Part shown: one piece after another, positions 62,201-62,499 of the stretch
Numbering within the stretch: the stretch's first letter is position 1
Layout: every line of letters starts with the position of its first letter
NCBI GenBank assembly: GCA_964637985.1
Contig: CAZWXR010000001.1
Location: forward strand, 1 to 62,499
Source of the DNA: an uncultured Candidatus Poseidoniales archaeon
GTDB lineage: Archaea; Thermoplasmatota; Poseidoniia; Poseidoniales; Poseidoniaceae
Reading direction: 5' to 3'
Length of the DNA stretch: 62,499 nt
Program-made: the position numbers and the translations under genes
Notes under the pieces: generated by a model
The model's database searches: none
Told to the model about the DNA's origin: nothing
Seen by the model: only the letters and a program-made list of their open reading frames with translations

Positions 62201-62499
62201 TATTGATGATATCATTGTACAAATCGTGAATAGTCGCTGTAGGATGAGCCTCAAATACCGCATCGAGCAATTGAACTGTCAATGCTAATCGTGAATTCAA
62301 TCGGTGGATATTCGTAGAAACTGAGAGGTATTCCTCAACCAAGTCTGCAGTGTACCAATATTCACCAATGACGTAATGTGTCGTTTCTTTCACTGTATCT
62401 TGACCACTACGAATATTATTTGTAAAGGTGATATTTGCTTGACTCTGGTCAAGCCAGTCGCCGTTTGAACACTCTGTTCCAGAGGTATCTTCACAAAGG
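56256..62499 (-). CDS. giant surface protein (more than 2080 aa, 5' end beyond the window edge) with CarboxypepD_reg/prealbumin-like and CARDB-like repeats and a C-terminal TM anchor
   Basis: The track 'M' at 62393 is a GTG, and I translated the frame upstream to position 62499 without meeting a stop, so the gene is truncated by the window. There are at least 8 repeats of the G-x-V-x...D-x-x-G-x-[FY]-x-[FL]...G-x-Y type (DADEEGRYSFIAPAGRIRV, DENGSFAHGPITFGEYYYRV, DEDGMIYVELLAGEYTI, SEGRFFTQLPDGVYDFEF, DENGTFAAYVPSGDWLF). CARDB-like IENLGNGDDTF. The C-terminus has IWVTLVIFLLMCLVIYAGF followed by KAVRSGRTSSRF. Confidence 0.85.
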   Translation of the reverse strand, partial: LCEDTSGTECSNGDWLDQSQANITFTNNIRSGQDTVKETTHYVIGEYWYTADLVEEYLSVSTNIHRLNSRLALTVQLLDAVFEAHPTATIHDLYNDIINMEGYYTVQDYDGGPGETIDRNHEIRYFAVDNRLYPRAGRYTADAQYNSGQPMGIFGAPTILSGQDIQAFMSETYETVRGEFKDEMTAAEYEEAVKKDFLNNQAGADIDLIALEDVRIDHQPAFFDTMVARTYVGYGASSLGLDTDSSNPQPSQHFGQSGSPGSILQQAVPLPGAMMNHFVLANWYSNDSTKSLADANTLVKILKYYPGGELSGQVVTEDDGVGIPNARVLVERDAFSGEGIEDDDADTYWIPIGSVDADEEGRYSFIAPAGRIRVSAFAGTYNPVFDQDNIRDGSYVSKIQDLLQESNENRTVNEITAILGQVSNMTWLGEAEMNITGDQANRVTDITESLDISVGSSGVSGTIKWTGHESFEGEAVEETTFILRNIWSMTDNYTVTTTSGTFTSEESRILQGTGEVEFMYNGTFESDGVAFVKEFVGTYTREITDKVMYFGNGTWNGKGTFKASWLENTTNMSQCEPIENSTEFALPANQTICQLGEGSQEYLFDGEFVGKGMLTSDGITTFVQEYEDGVTFEGIGSFFGTGIFNGTGLFIGNGTFSGPMVEPGSFYKTGLLPGTYNMIAQMENGKEVLLPEPVVVGITPSYDLDMTIPASHFSDTLIDIENNPLANATIEFVDVVLGEDSLIEIITDENGSFAHGPITFGEYYYRVDVDGDGWYDLNQTLFVSDESENLTLGFNVPPTGHLTLPLVSPLDAETNEPLIDVNNRTLIFDDGLGFAKPIEATSDEDGMIYVELLAGEYTIIDNLDESMVLYEKITIEPNDELSEEFAYSISVVLNGSLRSYNGALNEYHQWYLETQDNPDLLIINTETVKDTPITMVSGDLEFSTTTSSDSGNFSIRVPSGHDYHFTIFSLTRAMAYGELLEVSGDEDIDLGTIYLEPTSTIEGFVYLYDNATFWDSTIPGWESENLFATDETGLTWNTTVSSEGRFFTQLPDGVYDFEFENELLNATSIEGVIVNTSTTLQNSFLEFYVYPEEIEVTLNVFMASNADVDSTNGTMISPSFILQPMGVGTQVNITEDDYDDVGELVVSLTPGSYQVVLNRTSAGDENATDYDLVAFSFFDLIDIGLNGPDDVIDLVFKETYRVNGTLSNSTGDGIENSFLMYNEEKDDYFNIASDENGTFAAYVPSGDWLFIVAPYSSGEITEVLRSPVTINDDAGLRSSLSLQTVQGVNVSFQLQEGLTLNNLSEQRVKAISQDGLGQITFEKTNESGYTTELLMPGQWSLELNYSTSTKHWTLNTSDAPFNTDDHDGEFNLDLGTLEADLEVQIGGKVYWQIRSDNQKGIQGMNVTILSSDELSVNETIETDEFGVWRLFVPIQDVYNVTVSKDGYSTVYYETTNDSIGYVVENASETHDIEVEAITVQVSGTIVDLVGEDNVGATIMLYPTSTYDRDPIEIVGSMSGEVLEWDAEVQPGEWVVYVTSQNLDENGGGVAIGLLDATVSNGGSLDLEMRNGGYILLSTSWTDIQGDAHHVGSEDVGYDLITEEVEIEFDFGDGVEFIQTAPANGTIFFLAPAGSVSMDSEFITIQHDFELEMEYNGGAAGTVPTSGSQPLTLEYNRRINSDTTMTIVNTSVVGANYDVDDSQRMDAIPSETEYEQITFDIDLDYDGTEVNDLFTLTGSVIAAPDSTDWIVEFFNGTEYVDELQVQLGIGENASDTSVTQSSTVSVRITLPPQNTTWHLDEGHRILLNMRTQLAETSEISLNVFVPQVYGFDIVDETEVVGLSPSISRQMSFTIENLGNGDDTFTLEVVDNIPEGWSVTPMFTTVTISKDDSRQMSFTILAGDNFTDGTKELSVIVSSEGEAVTTQTVDVTVQAARIKLKVDQSLISKSADADVETVLSIPVENYGMLDASSVIVYLTTDEGEELQTTISVPAEEIVFADFTLNATTAGNHRYDVRVDVIGEDADYVDVQVEDFDFSVDFYAGSTGEGNSIWVTLVIFLLMCLVIYAGFKAVRSGRTSSRF

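Noticed and set aside
56256-62499. Idea that the in-window N-proximal about 200 aa are the external C-terminal domain of an AglB/STT3 oligosaccharyltransferase whose TM domain lies off-window
   Set aside because: The segment IRYFAVDNRLYP...GIFGAPTIL vaguely recalls the region after WWDYG in AglB. However, I see no WWDYG, DK or MI motif in the about 125 residues available upstream. This is unsupported until the contig is extended.
1-62499. Search by eye for tRNA, rRNA, CRISPR arrays, IS elements, integrases, and a reverse transcriptase with template/variable repeats (a DGR acting on the giant genes)
   Set aside because: The intergenic regions are all 200 nt or shorter and contain no cloverleaf-like or repeat-spacer structure. 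No ORF has transposase, integrase or RT motifs. The only inter-gene DNA similarity found is the 44-nt tail-encoding block.

Overview
Archaeal chromosomal segment, densely coded, with no rRNA, tRNA, CRISPR array or mobile-element gene that I can see. Archaeal-type housekeeping genes are present: RNase P Rpp21, type II GAPDH, PheRS beta, archaeal GluRS, uS15, archaeosine synthase ArcS, RNase HII and a UPF0201-like protein, plus adk, dnaJ and an SRAP peptidase. They are interleaved with an unusual load of secreted or membrane-anchored surface proteins. Five giant ORFs (1656, 1788, 1913, about 1460 and more than 2080 aa, the last cut by the right window edge) sum to about 26.7 kb, roughly 43% of the window. 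There are also several 300-840 aa bitopic membrane proteins, two subtilases, a metzincin-like protease, a GT2 glycosyltransferase, and a tight operon encoding an MBL hydrolase plus three type IV pilin-like proteins. The gene content and GGTG/GGAGG ribosome-binding sites suggest a Thermoplasmatota / Marine Group II-like archaeon; this is inference only. The most interesting signals are listed here. (1) A portable cytoplasmic tail (TM helix, acidic linker, polyproline, terminal LPxGWTMEQWxxYGxQ[WY]L) is shared by two otherwise unrelated giants, and a third giant carries a Trp-rich variant. (2) Two surface-protein operons are organised as giant + subtilase and giant + wHTH-NB-ARC-TPR STAND protein. 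(3) A 12.5 kb operon pairs an unanchored Ca-binding TSP3-repeat giant with a membrane-anchored giant, a small helical protein and a metalloprotease. (4) The pilin-like operon has no assembly ATPase or platform gene in view and has acidic DE-x-[GS] pre-hydrophobic motifs. (5) A tandem 16-nt direct repeat lies in the divergent control region between (3) and (4). (6) Unusual fusions or degenerate domains are present (Pcp-NUDIX, GXGXG fused to a TIM-barrel-like domain, and a possible inactivated DHH protein next to rps15). Several 'M' starts in the ORF track are GTG or TTG when read from the sequence, and I moved those starts to supported ATGs. All domain calls come from motifs read by eye; no database search was possible.
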